DNA of 64,000 nt from Lineus longissimus. Taxonomy: Eukaryota. Of this stretch, positions 1 to 40,329 are shown one piece after another. Positions within the stretch are counted from its first letter, which is position 1. Every line of letters starts with the position of its first letter. The stretch covers positions 124,001 through 188,000 of the forward strand of contig NC_088308.1 in the NCBI RefSeq assembly GCF_910592395.1, in the 5' to 3' direction. The notes below the pieces were generated by a model that saw only the letters and a list, made by a program, of their open reading frames with translations, was not told the origin of the DNA and did no database searches. A program made the position numbers and the translations under genes.

Positions 1-692
1 TACAGTTGAAGATTATCAAGTCCACTTGGTGTGGAAGCTGATGACACCACAATCATTACAGTTGAAGATTATCAAGTCCACTTGGTGTGGAAGCTGATGA
101 CACCACAATCATTACAGTTGAAGATTATCAAGTCCACTTGGTGTGGAAGCTGATGACACCACAATCATTACAGTTGAAGATTATCAAGTCCACTTGGTGT
201 GGAAGCTGATGACACCATAATCATTACAGTTGAAGATTATCAAGTCCACTTGGTGTGGAAGCTGATGACACGACAATCATTACAGTTGAAGATTATCAAG
301 TCCACTTGGTGTGGAAGCTGATGACACCACAATCATTACAGTTGAAGATTATCAAGTCCACTTGGTGTGGAAGCTGATGACACGACAATCATTACAGTTG
401 AAGATTATCAAGTCCACTTGGTGTGGAAGTTGATGACACCACAATCATTACAGTTGAAGATTATCAAGTCCACTTGGTGTGGAAGCTGATGACACGACAA
501 TCATTACAGTTGAAGATTATCAAGTCCACTTGGTGTGGAAGCTGATGACACGACAATCATTACAGTTGAAGATTATCAAGTCCACTTGGTGTGGAAGCTG
601 ATGACACCACAATCATTACAGTTGAAGATTATCAAGTCCACTTGGTGTGGAAGCTGATGACACCACAATCATTACAGTTGAAGATTATCAAG
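1..692. repeat. Minisatellite, 56-bp unit, at least 12 copies (cut by window start)
   Basis: Unit tacagttgaagattatcaagtccacttggtgtggaagctgatgacaccacaatcat, near-identical copies. Confidence 0.97.
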
Positions 693-1128
693 AAGTAAAG
701 CAGTTACAATTGAGTTTGATTATTTTTTCATATAAACTCTAACAGGAGTAGAAAGGTCATGGATTCTCGACTAGACTAACCTAAATGACAGCTCTACAAG
801 TATCCATGATGACTGCCTATAATGTATGATTAAACATCACCCAGACATACACCACTGTGTTATTCCCCTGTACATTTATTATTAATTCAATTGGGGAAAA
901 TAGATTTTACTGGAGCACTGAATATCCACTTACAACTAATGAACCAGATATTTTTATCAAATATGTGAGTGGGATTTACACGCTGGGTGTTGGTTGGCCC
1001 CTAGATATGCATCAAAGGCTCGACTGATTTCCATAACTCTTTTTTCAATGCAAGCCATAACATAACCAGTGATGTGAGACATGAAGAAAGATCAAATCAC
1101 ACTACACAGACACGAAGTTTGAAGAGAT

Positions 1129-2133
1129 TCACACGTCAGCTTTTTGACAATCAGCTGATTGGTTTGAGTTGACAGTTGCTGTCGGTGTCGTTTCCCATGA
1201 TGATTTCTGTTGTAGTTTTAGTATCTTACGAAATGCAGTCCTCAGTTGTCTATTTTTCAAGAAATATATGATAGGATTGATGGCTGAATGTGACACAGCC
1301 AAACAGAAAGCAAGCGGTTTATAAATCATCAGGTTTTTGCTATAAAAGAAATGCTGAGTAATCAAAATCAAATCAAAAGGTATCCAACACGCGATGTAAC
1401 ATCCAAGAATAATTGCGATGAACTTGGCTGTCTGTATTTCACGTTTATACGAGGCGTTGACGATACTACTTGAACTGGTGGCTTGAATCTTTTTGCGCTG
1501 TCCATAGATGGAGTAGAAGACAAACCCGTAGAGAGTCACCACGATCAGTGATAGAATGAGCAAGTGAAAGGCTATGAGCAGGTAGTACCACGTCACAAAC
1601 GTCTTCTCGAGGCGGCACACTTCGTTCTTGGCCCAGTTGTTCATGCCAGCGATGGGTAGAATGGCTATGATGCAGGAGTACACCCACACCACTGCAATAC
1701 CGTAGAGACCCATCTTTGGCTTGGCTTTATTCGTATATGTGTAATAGATGGGTGCCATGACTGCAACGAAGCGATCTACGGCTATCAGGAAAACTGTCAA
1801 CACAGAGGAAGCGAGGGCTAACATTGACATCCCAAAATCAACTAAACATAAGTATTTGTAAAGCTGAGTATGTGTCCATGGGTAAAAGTAAGTGGCAACA
1901 TCAAACGGCATCGCGATGGCTACACATATGTCAGCGATGGCCAAACTGGCGATGAGGTAGTATGTTGAAGTCCGGAATTGTTTGAAGCTTGTAATAGCCA
2001 CCACTACCAGAATGTTGCCAAACAGTATGACTATAATGAGGAAGATTTCCAAACAAGCAATAGCAATATTGAAATCAGATGGAGCACTGTGTTCGGTGCA
2101 CTCTGTATGATTGTGTATAGTACAGTTAGACAT
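1129..2133 (-). CDS. Class A (rhodopsin-like) orphan GPCR, 334 aa, uninterrupted CDS, antisense in an SMG1 intron
   Basis: Seven hydrophobic segments with GN (TM1), LAIAD (TM2), DRF (TM3), W4.50, CWIP (TM6), NPIIY (TM7), and an N-terminal N-glycosylation sequon. Confidence 0.95.
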   Translation of the reverse strand: MSNCTIHNHTECTEHSAPSDFNIAIACLEIFLIIVILFGNILVVVAITSFKQFRTSTYYLIASLAIADICVAIAMPFDVATYFYPWTHTQLYKYLCLVDFGMSMLALASSVLTVFLIAVDRFVAVMAPIYYTYTNKAKPKMGLYGIAVVWVYSCIIAILPIAGMNNWAKNEVCRLEKTFVTWYYLLIAFHLLILSLIVVTLYGFVFYSIYGQRKKIQATSSSSIVNASYKREIQTAKFIAIILGCYIACWIPFDLILITQHFFYSKNLMIYKPLAFCLAVSHSAINPIIYFLKNRQLRTAFRKILKLQQKSSWETTPTATVNSNQSADCQKADV

Positions 2134-2975
2134 GGTTGCGGCTGAACGATATAATCTGTTAATCCAGTGTTTTCAGAATAAACCATACACCAAGGAGTCT
2201 TACTGTCTTAATCCAGTTGAGTAACTGTGACACCAAGTGATCTAGTGTGTCACTGATCTCTATTCCAGTATTTTATAAAGAGACTCGGTCGATTTTTCAG
2301 CCTTTTGTTGAGGACGTCTAAGTGAATTTCCCAATGGGTGCTTATCAAGGCTCGAAATCCTCCAGAATTAAACCCAGCTATGAAATGTGGAATGCACTTG
2401 GTGCTGCTTAAATGAACACATGTAGTGGAAATAAAGCCTTCTGTATATTAGATGGAAACTCCCACTCAAAATCTCAATCTTTCTCTCAATTGTTGATTGC
2501 GTTCTCTTGTGTTTTTTCAGAATATTGATTTTGAGCTTTTAGTGGCAATAAATCCGATTGATTTTCATCAAAAATTGAATCACTCTACAGTTGTCAATAT
2601 TTCCTTCGAATGCCAAGTTGTGCCTAATCTTCCAAATCCCATAAAGACTCAAGTTTCTTGACTTACGTAACCAACATGATCAAACTCTGATAATTCTGGC
2701 TGGTCAAAGGTCAGTTATTATACCTTTCATTGGCTTGAACTTGTATTATATCCTATCCTGAACCAAAAGATGTTTTATCAGTAGCATCTGTGAGTAACCA
2801 ATTCCTTGCTGAAATATAAGTGGCTTGTCCTCTTAATCAGCAATGCTCGGTCCCACCAAACTCAATCACGGTACAGGTACTGATGGTTCAAAGGTCTCTA
2901 AGTGTTACTCCTGTTATGATTGAATAACTCTCGCATCATTGTCACTATAAAACAACACTCAGTTGAACCACTTTG

Positions 2976-3700
2976 CCAGCAAGCCTTTCTTAATCACTAT
3001 CCATGTCCTCCTCTACAGGAATCTGTTCCAGCAACCCTTTCTTAATCACTATCCATGTCCTCCTCTACAAGAATCTGTTCCAGCAACCCTTTCTTAATCA
3101 CTATCCATGTCCTCCTCTACAGGAATCTGTTCCAGCAACCCTTTCTTAATCACTATCCATGTCCTCCTCTACAGGAATCTGTTCCAGCAACCCTTTCTTA
3201 ATCACTATCCATGTCCTCCTCTACAGGAATCTGTTCCAGCAACCCTTTCTTAATCACTATCCATGTCCTCCTCTACAAGAATCTGTTCCAGCAACCCTTT
3301 CTTAATCACTATCCATGTCCTCCTCTACAGGAATCTGTTCCAGCAACCCTTTCTTAATCACTATCCATGTCCTCCTCTACAGGAATCTGTTCCAGCAACC
3401 CTTTCTTAATCACTATCCATGTCCTCCTCTACAGGAATCTGTTCCACCAACCCTTTCTTAATCACTATCCATGTCCTCCTCTACAGGAATCTGTTCCAGC
3501 AACCCTTTCTTAATCACTATCCATGTCCTCCTCTACAGGAATCTGTTCCAGCAACCCTTTCTTAATCACTATCCATGTCCTCCTCTACAGGAATCTGTTC
3601 CAGCAACCCTTTCTTAATCACTATCCATGTCCTCCTCTACAGGAATCTGTTCCAGCAACCCTTTCTTAATCACTATCCATGTCCTCCTCTACAGGAATCT
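2976..3700. repeat. Minisatellite, 52-bp unit, ~14 copies
   Basis: Unit ccagcaaccctttcttaatcactatccatgtcctcctctacaggaatctgtt. Confidence 0.97.
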
Positions 3701-3854
3701 CTTCAAGTACCACTGCCAAGACACTAACTAGCAATACCAAGTAATATTGAAACAAATCTCAGCCCTTATGTTAATCCAGTGGTCTGCAAGTCCCTCCAAT
3801 TGTATAAAATTACAATCTAGTTGAGGTGTAATGTCAATATATCCAGTTGATGAT

Positions 3855-4211
3855 GTCTCCCTCAGCATATCATGCCTACTGCCTAATCCTGTAGAGCTCC
3901 TGAGGAACTAAGACAAGTATCAGCACGTATGAAAACATTGACAGTCTCCCTCAGCATATCATGCCTACTGCCTAATCCTGTAGAGCTCCTGAGGAACTAA
4001 GACAAGTATCAGCACGTATGAAAACATTGACAGTCTCCCTCAGCATATCATGCCTAGTGCCTAATCCTGTAGAGCTCCTGAGGAACTGAGACAAGTATCA
4101 GCACGTATGAAAACATTGACAGTCTCCCTCAGCATATCATGCCTAGTGCCTAATCCTGTAGAGCTCCTGAGGAACTAAGACAAGTATCAGCACGTATGAA
4201 AACATTGACAG
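3855..4211. repeat. Tandem repeat, 89-bp unit, 4 copies
   Basis: gtctccctcagcatatcatgcc...aaaacattgaca starts at 3855, 3944, 4033 and 4122. Confidence 0.95.
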
Positions 4212-7200
4212 CTTTCAAAGACTCCTCATGTGTTGTCATCTATAAATCCTGGTGCAATTAGAAACTGAGGTTAGCAACACTGCCTTCCAATCACAATCCT
4301 CCAAACTTCATATTCAAAAGAACCAAGATGCTCAAACGTAGTTTAAAACCAATCATGATCAGCCATGAAACTTCAAAAGCCTGCAACCAAACTCTCATTA
4401 GTATTCTACTCATCTGTCTAACTACCTCACCCATGTATAATAGATATTCCTTTATCTATCCCATGCTCCTACCAGCAGCTGAATCATCGCCAGAATGAAT
4501 GAAAGAGAAATAAAGCCTGAATGCATTTAATCCTCATATTCACTTGTATAAGTTTTAAACATAATGATTTCCATGAACTGGGGCAGTTGTATCATCATTG
4601 GCTGACCAACACCATGAATCAGTTTTGCCATAAAGTCTCTTTCATCCCCTGCGAATGGTGAGTTTGGTTCCACTGTCCATCCTAGTGTTTGCCTCATGTG
4701 AGATCACACAGCGGCCCATTTCATGGTCAGCTACTGTCCCTGCCTCATCTAGATATTGCCAGACCTCACTGTAAACATTACACCCCTATATCTATGACCA
4801 TGCCTTGATAGATTTGAAGTGTTGTTTGATTAACATGGAGTAATTGCTGAATATCATGCAGCAACAGGCCTCTCATGTCGCTGACTATGCCTTTATAAAT
4901 GTTAAATATTTGCTACTCTATCTGTATTGTCATGATTTGCAACAGGCCTGCTGGTCAAATAACTGTGAGGAAAAGGCAGCTTGCTGGAACACCAATTTCA
5001 GAATGCCAATGTTTTTACTTGGTCAATATGTAAAAGGTCTGAAAGCACTCCTGAATACTTCTAGCGAACTTGAACATGTATAGACTTGGTGAGAGAGTGT
5101 GCAAGTGCACCTAACATCCTTTCCCTGGTAGGTTTATTGCAGTAATTCCAGGATATAATGTACAGCTCCTGGCAAACATAAGCAGAGTTACGTACAGATC
5201 CTAAGGAATGCAAATAAAGCCCTGATTAAATCTTCACCCATCCAATGAAGCCAGTATCAAGATAAGATGCCCACATATTCAAATCATTCAATTCCTGAGC
5301 CAATTAGCCATAAAGGTCTCATCTCAAATTCATCGCGCTCTTGTTCGTTGTCGGTGAGAAGACTATGAATCGATGAAACACAAGCAGCTGCTTACAAGTC
5401 ATCTGATTAGACTCAGTGGAATGACCAACGATGCCTTGCTGTCTTCAGGCAGATGCCTCAAGAATCCTAACAGCCATTGTGTCAATACCAAGGCTATTTC
5501 CTGATCACACACCTAATCACTTTGCCAGATTTATTATCAGCGTTTCAATCCACTTTGTCACTTAATCCACCAATATCATGAAGTCTACTTGCTGAGAGTA
5601 ATCCACATCTTTGAGAGCATCCCTTAGAATAAGCAGATCTGAGTTTGCAAGCTACTGTAATGCACAATTGACATGTTAATGTTACCCGAAGCAGAAATCA
5701 TGAGTCTTCTCTCAGTCTCACAGTACGGTGCTTTGATATGCTATCACTGTGGGGTCCTTCTTCTCAGGTTGGGACTGCTGCACGAGTCACGCAATCTGCA
5801 ATCTTGTCTAAGCTCCCGTGGTGAGCAGTTTCCTCCAAGTGAGTGTATTGATAGTTGTCTTATTGGAGATGGCAGTCATGAAGTATTGTCACAATGTGAG
5901 ATGTCAATCAATCCATCAATAACCAGAACACTTTCACGTCCTACTGAAGCTGGTGAAAACCAGAAGTCGCGTGATTTGTAGTGCTGCCCTGCCAAGCATC
6001 TGCTCCAAATGAAGCCCGTTCCTCTATCGAGGAAGTTTATGAGTTATCGTAATGGAACTGGTCACAGTGTAAAATGTCAATGAATCAATCATGAAGCTGC
6101 TTGTGGAAGTTTATTGTGATACAATGGAAGTTTGTAGAGGACATGGTATGTGTAAAGTACTGGTCACAATGTGAAAGTGGAAGTTTATAAAGGAAACAAT
6201 ATGTGTGAAGTACTGGTCACAGTGAATGTCAATCAATCAATTAAACATCGTTGAGTCCTACTGCTAATGCCCATATAGCTCCTGCTCAAATAATGCGATC
6301 CTGTTACATGTCTGTTTGCTCCCCTACATGTCGTGCTCGGCTGAAAATAGTTCTAGATAAATATCGGTGATATTGTTGAATGTCAGCCAATCAAGCTAAC
6401 AAGCCACTGAGTTATGATAATGACACTGCAATGCCATTTGGTAATTCTTCTTGTGTTAGATTCATATTGGCATCTGCTGCTTGTCGATAACCGTATTAGA
6501 AGTCATCCTTCAAATGTTAGGTGGTGGCTTATTTGCTGCTTGTGTTATCAGCTCCTCCTGCTGCTCCCTGATTTGGCTTATGGATCATCACTATCAGTGA
6601 CACCAAGAAGACCAAATACTTGCTTTCGTAATCGACATCTCTGTCTTCAATAGACCGAGAAAGAGGGGCATCCCACTGGATCCTGGCCAGTCTCAAAGAT
6701 TTGGTCGAAAATTTCATGGACAGTTTCAGATTTTGAAATAAGTGGGGGCAGCTATCCATTGAGTTGTCATCCTAGCAATCTGAACTCTTCTATTCCAACA
6801 CTTTCCTAACTTCTGTCAGTGAGGTTATAGAAGTCACTTGATGATTGTGTCCTGGCCTAGCCTACCATTAGTATATTCCTCTGAAAAACACTCTGATCCA
6901 TGATTATGTTGGCCAGGCCGTCATCACAGCAAGCAATCTGCTGTAAAAAAGCTAATGGTGATCCCTTGTGGCGCGACTAGATGGCTGTAGGTCTGTGGTG
7001 TGTTATAAATCTTTGAAGATGTCGGAAACTAGCCATATATAAAACTAATAAAGCTGCCATCAATACTGAACGAAAATGAAGGTAATAAGTTATCATTTAT
7101 AAAACATACATGCAGATGGGCTGTAAAGTGTCTTGATATGGCTGGTCCATAAAAGTCTCATCTCAGTCTTTGCCAGTGGCTGGGAATGATGTATCTACCT

Positions 7201-8281
7201 TTTAGCCTCTCGACCCCAGTTGCTGCCCATTCCTCTACTGCAGTTCACCAACAGATTTTGTCACAGCCAGGGAGTGCCATGTTAGGTTTGATCTGCCCCA
7301 AAAGCCACGTCTTCTTGTCAAGAGCAGTTTATTTCCCAACGAAGCACCTTCATGACTAAAGTATTTGCAAGTATAGGGATTTGAACTGATCTGTCTAGCA
7401 TACCGACACCCTCATCACATAAGTGTTATCCATGTGTTGTGCTGACTCTGCTCATGCTGATCAAGTCAAGCTTTTCATCACATTCAATCATACTTCATCT
7501 GGCACTAATACTGCCATCGCCGATTCATTTGGTTGCCTTGGTCATTATGGACATATACATCACCCACCCACAAAGAGTTAACAAATTTATGATGACATCA
7601 GTTTCCCAATAAAATTATTGTGTGGCTAACTATCTGCTGCAGCAATAAATCATGAAAGAACACCACAATATTTCCTCTAAGTGATAAAACTAATGAAGCT
7701 GTCAAGGCTGCTAACTAAAACTGATCGCTGATGTATGCTATGTCTGGCCTCTACTTGAGCTATGAAGAAACCATATCCCAAGTACATCAATAGATGCTTA
7801 TGATTTCACCCCTCCGTCTCGAGATGTTGATGTATTCTGCGATAAGTATCGAACCAGTTATACTTCATAGCACATTGCTGTAATAAGCAATTTAACCAGC
7901 ACACAAGCAATCTTTTTATCGCATACAGAGATAACAAACCCCGGTCACTGAAATGAGACTTCAAAGCTAGCCTGATAGAGGATCGTCAATTCCTGTAGAA
8001 ATGTAATGGTTCCAATGTCAATGTTGGATATGACTCCATTTCATGGTAAACAATCACCAGGTTGATGAATAGCTAATGTTTGAACCCACCTCCGCGTCTT
8101 ACCATTAAACAGTAATGATCTGTGTGGGATTTTGTATATTGATTTGGTGATTTGATGTCCTGATTTAAGCCAATAATGGACGCTTGAGTCAATAAGATGG
8201 CATCAAATGATTTGCCATTGCAAGTACACAATGATTTTATGTGACACGAGGACAAATAGTTACATGGCGTGTGAATGGGAA

Positions 8282-8345
8282 TACAGTGGAACCCCGGTAA
8301 CACGACCACTCATGGGAACCGAGGTTGAATGGTTGCGTTACTGGG
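8282..8345 (+). mobile_element. Possible pogo/Tigger-like DNA transposon end (fragment)
   Basis: TA + CAGTGGAACCCCGGTAACACGACC resembles TA-flanked CAGTGGAACC terminal repeats. A related TACAGCGGAACCTCTC occurs near 61995. No partner end found. Confidence 0.3.
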
Positions 8346-8876
8346 ACTGATGATGTTTCTTCATTTTGAGGAGAAAAAATATTTGGACTTAGAAATGTTT
8401 TCATCCTTCAGAGTTGAATTTTTCATAAGTTCAAAATTCTGAAAAAATGTCAAAGTCAAAAAGTTTTTGGGACTGATGATGTTTCTTCATTTTGTACTCA
8501 GGGACTGATGATATTGGTGATGTTGGTTCATTTTGAGCAGAAAAAAAAGGTGAAAAAAAAATTTTGTACTTCGAAAATTTTTCAGAAGTCAAGTCAGTTC
8601 AAAATTTTGAAAAATTTTCGAAGTCAAAAAAGTTTTGGGACTGATGATATTGGTGATGTTGGTTCATTTTGAGCGAAAAAAAAAAAGTGAAAAAAAAATT
8701 TTGTACTTAGAAATTTTTTCAGAAGTCGTCAGTTCAAAATTTTGAAAAATTTTCAAAGTCAAAAAAGTTTTGGGACTGATGATATTGGTGATGTTGGTTC
8801 ATTTTGAGCGAAAAAAAAAGGGGGAAAAAAAATTTTGCACTTAGAAATTTTTTGGGACTGATGATATTGGTGATGT
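8343..8876. repeat. Degenerate A/T-tract-rich tandem repeat (~135-bp period)
   Basis: gggactgatgat recurs near 8343, 8469, 8501, 8637, 8772 and 8854, separated by A/T-run-rich sequence. Confidence 0.85.
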
Positions 8877-8915
8877 CTTTCTGTTTGTCTTTCACTGTCT
8901 TTCTCTCTGATTTAG

Positions 8916-35675
<26,760 letters not shown>

Positions 35676-38600
35676 ACCCGTAGCACGAAATGTGACTGGC
35701 ATTCCAAACTACAAAACATACTGCAGTATCTACGTGCAAATCTGGGCATGCGGGCTGCCCGCAGTGAGATGTTAGCATCTGCAGCTAGAGGAAAAAGTAA
35801 TGGACAATCTCTCGAAGCAGAACTCCGCACGCCAGGCCCTTGGGTCTGATCATGGAGATTTATGCAAATGAGATGTGCGTCTTTTGAAAAGATGACGATC
35901 AGGAACTTATCTACGAAATAATAGGCTTGGATTTCTTGGCTACTCTGATGTGTGTCTGTGGCAAACAAGACTACCTGGCATCCATCATATCATCAATTAC
36001 CCTCATTGAGTTGTTTCTGCAAACTCTGCTCAAGCCAATGATTTTGTTCAAAAATGAGATATGAAGATTTTTGAGGATTTGATGTTTTTATTATGGATTT
36101 TATGTGAAGAATTATACATGCTGAAGAGATATTCGGCTGAGCACATGGACCACCAAAAGAAAAAGCAAAAATTTGATGAGAAATGTTGGTGTGTCATTTC
36201 AAGATGTTTGCCAGGGAATCTGTATTCTTTGACACAAGCACTCATTGCTGGGAGTACGGAGAAATCATGGATGAACAGTAGTAGGTAAGAGAGAATAAAG
36301 AAAGTAACAGGTCTGTTTAATTGAAGAAGGAAGACAGACTTTCGTAATTTTGAGATGTTTTGACAAGTACAAAATGAGTCAATGTCTGAGCAGGGACGAC
36401 GTAAATTGTGAAGTATCTGAACCCAAGACAGGTTCAAATCTCGATGGATCACTGATCTAGAGAAAGTGACAATGGTAAAGAGAAACTTGTCCATAAGCCT
36501 TGCTGCAGGGTTATTGGACAATATAAGATAGGCATACTCTGGTATCGACTCCAGAGAGCCATGCTGGTCTTCGTCAATGCTTCAACATTATATTAAATGA
36601 CGCTTCATGCTGATGTCGGAGCCAATGTGGTTAAGGGGTGTGTGTATTTGAGTCAAGTTTTAAAATCATCTTGGTGAGAGTTGGTCATGTTTTTAGTTGC
36701 ACTTCGACAGCTTGACTTCGCGATGGAAAGAAACAATGTGTGGGGTCTGATGATTCTTGCAGCATCACATGCCAATAACGGGAGAAGACCATTCATTAAA
36801 CTAACATTGGAGTTCAGCATCATAATAACCAATATAGCATCATGATTTCAGTTCATTTTTCATTCCCCACTTTCGGGTGTTGGTCATTTTTCATAATTTT
36901 TTCGCGGTGTTTTTGTCTATTTTTTGGTAGTAAGTAGTAGACTTGATTTCGTAGCTTCTCTGTTGTATTGTTCTTCTCACTTTGTGTTACCATGGTTACT
37001 CATATAACTTGTTTGTTGTAAATATTGCATTGATTGTTAGAAATAGGATAAGTTTATATACTCAAGTGTGAGTTGTATTCTGTGGGTAAGATTCTTAAAT
37101 GTTTTCGAAAATAACCGATGTAGTCCGTCGGGAATTTAAGGAAACCGTCGTCTTTCAGGCATAGTGGTGGCTCATGGGATATTTGACATCAGCTTGGAAA
37201 ACCTTTGTCCAGCTCATTTGCATAGTAGACAGACAGTGACAGATAACACCCTTTGCCACCACAGAAGTGCTTCAGGCTCCGTCTGATAGTCTACAAGGGG
37301 CAGGTGAGTCTCTCTGTGTCAGTTCATACATACAGTCAACACAACACCACAACTGAGCCGTCGATATCCCTGAAAGATGATTAGAAATGAGTGTATTAGG
37401 AGGGAACTGAAATAGTATTGTAGAAACAATGTAGATATGTTGTATCAAGTGAAAGTGATTGTTCTAGCTTGGACAGGCCCAGTGTTCTGCAGTCCATGAC
37501 TGGCGACGGGCAACGGTGGCATCTTCTGGGAGGTCACGTCTGGTCTCTGTTGTAACATGCTGATGAATCGATCATCATGAAACTAGGCGGTTAGCACGTG
37601 CCATAACCTGCTGTCAGATATTGGTGGGCTAGAAAACAGACAAGGTGTCCCAAAGCATTTGTAAGCATGCTGCTTACAAAACACCATAGCCTGTTCCAGC
37701 TGCCAGATTTGTGTGTTGTTATTTACTTTTGTCTGAGTCTTTATCATTGTCATATCAGCTGTCGTGTATCAACCTTCCTCTCATCTTATGCTAGTCCCCA
37801 GAGGATTTCAACTTCAATCAAAAATTTGCTCTTGTATCTGATATTTTGTGAGATTTCATATAAATTGGTGCAAAAACATCTCCACTTTCTCCTGGTTATT
37901 TTCTGAAAGGTGATTTCCAGCATTGAAGTAAAATCAGACAGAAAAGTGATTGTATTCAAACAAAGCTGGCCCTAAACTTGTTGTTATGTGCCAAAATACT
38001 AGTAAATATGTTCAGTTTATTTTTAGACCAGTTCCATTTAGATTCAGTGGAATGCAACTAGTTGATACGATAGCAAATTTTTCTTGCCCAGCGGAAAACT
38101 CTCTGTGGATAGTGTGTCATGTTTCACTAAGGTTTGAGTTACTTACTGTCAACCACCAAATTTTGGGAGGCATTTTTTTCTCGTTGATTTTGCAAATTAT
38201 GAGCTGGGAAGATGACAACACTATAGAAGCCAAGCTTGTCGCTCAACTCAGAATTCATAAAAACGATTAACCGCCAAGAAATTCCAGAACGACTGATTGA
38301 GAAGTCATTTCAGGTTTCGTATCCTTGAAATAATGAAGTGAAGGCTAGACATGTATGTGTGTTGGTCATCATTCTGGCCGGCCCAAATATTTCTTGATCA
38401 TATTTGTCTTTTCTATCCTTCATTGCACAAGAGTAATAAATCGTTGTCAGTATTAAGTATATGTCTTCGACTTTTCCTCATTTCTCATGGTTGTTTTGAG
38501 TCCAGATTTCTTGGACAGCAGAAAAAGTCAAGAATTGCAGATGCAGTGTATAACAATGATACGCCTGTCAGGCTCTTCTTTTGTCCAGAACAAATCCCAA

Positions 38601-39783
38601 ACTGCCTTTGGTTTGGCAGTAACACACCAGAATGCAGATTTCATCACCCCAGAATTGACCCCAAATTCTGCTTTCAGAAAGCCATCTTGGATGTACTGTC
38701 AAAAGAATATGGCTGTCATGTCCTCAGTTAGTCTTGCGTCATGATATGATTCATGGGGTTTGATCAAGTTAAGAATAACAAGCTGTTCAGTGTCTGGCAT
38801 TAGGCGAGTGCTGCTCTAGCACGTTGATCATCATTGGGACGGGTCCATTCCTGTGCACTATCCTTCCTCTTGCATATTTTTCACACCTTGTGACCGATGA
38901 TTGCCACAATGAAATAGATTGGTGGTCCTCTTAAAGACAGCATCGCATCCAATGAGATTAACAAGGACCAATGAGGAATCATTGTCACCACTGGCCCATC
39001 TGGCCCATCTGGCTCTTGCATGGTCTCCCTCAGAGTATACCCAGGGCAAGTGGTCTCATTCAATCGACATTCGTTGTCCAAGTGATCGGCTCTCTGAATC
39101 ACCCAAAATTGTTTATTGAGCTTATAAAGTTTTTGTTTGGCGACTAGGAGCTGTCAAAAGGTCCTGAATAACATTATTTGAATATATGTAGTCGAGATGG
39201 GCCCCCGATACAGTCAGAACAGTTCTACTGCATCATCATCATATCATTAAAGTCCACATCAGTAAGATCTCTAGCCTACCATGGCAGAGCACCCAAGTCC
39301 AGAGAATCTCAGTTCTGTGTTCTCCCTGGAATTGAACAATCTGCAGGAGATAAGGGGTCAAATTATTAGTCTTCAGATGAATATGCACAGCTAGGATCTT
39401 GGGTGTTGTGTCTGATTCAGCTTCATGTTCCTCAATGGGCTGTGAGGATGGAGTGACCCCAATCGGCCACTCTGTGTGGTAACTTCAAACTCTTTTGTCT
39501 ATGAGGCTAAGTTCTCAACTCATCTTCAATATAATCAACACAAATCAGTTTTCAAATATATAGTTAAGAATTTCTTTGTACAATATTTACGGGAGAAGGT
39601 AGTACATCACAAAAAGTACCTCGGACTACAACATTTTATCCTCAACATTTAACAGGGGGGCAGAATTTCTAAAAATATAATCTGTTGGTATTGATTAGTG
39701 ACCAAAACTCCGCCTCCCCCTTATTAAACCGGGTCATGGGAAACACAGAACACAGAGTTAACTCCTCACAAATTACACATGAT

Positions 39784-39919
39784 CAACTGCCACTAGGTTA
39801 TCACAGACACAGCACCTATATACAGTCACAACTGCCACTAGGTTATCACATACACAGCACCTATATACAGTCACAACTGCTACTAGGTTATCACAGACAC
39901 AGCACCTATATACAGTCAC
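39784..39919. repeat. Tandem repeat, 45-bp unit, 3 copies
   Basis: caactgccactaggttatcacagacacagcacctatatacagtca. Confidence 0.9.
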
Positions 39920-40329
39920 GAACACATATCACAGACAAGTTGGAAAGCATCATCTTATTTCATGATCTATTGATTCACATGGTTTTCAACTGCACTATGA
40001 CGAGGAATAGCAAGTCGTTCTAACCTAAAGTCTCCCCAGTAAACAAGCAATTTTGATTGCAAGTGACAAACATTTCTCGTAAACGATGGTCATCGCAGGT
40101 GCCTGCAACCACAAAGCCAGCGATTACTGATTTTCCCTGCAGACAACCTCTCAGCAATAACTGTCACACATTGCAGTGATAAACAATTTATTGTTTGTAG
40201 GGTGCTTAAATGGCATTAAATCTTGATCGGGTGAATAATTATTACATCAGTTTTGCTCAGAACATAAAGTTTGTGCACAGAGTAAAGCTTTCTTCGAGTT
40301 TCACTTTCTATCACCAGGTGGCAGTGCGA

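Noticed and set aside
1..692. Regular repeat arrays (also 2976-3700 and 34047-34596) as CRISPR arrays
   Set aside because: Units are contiguous with no unique spacers, there are no cas genes, and the context is eukaryotic introns.
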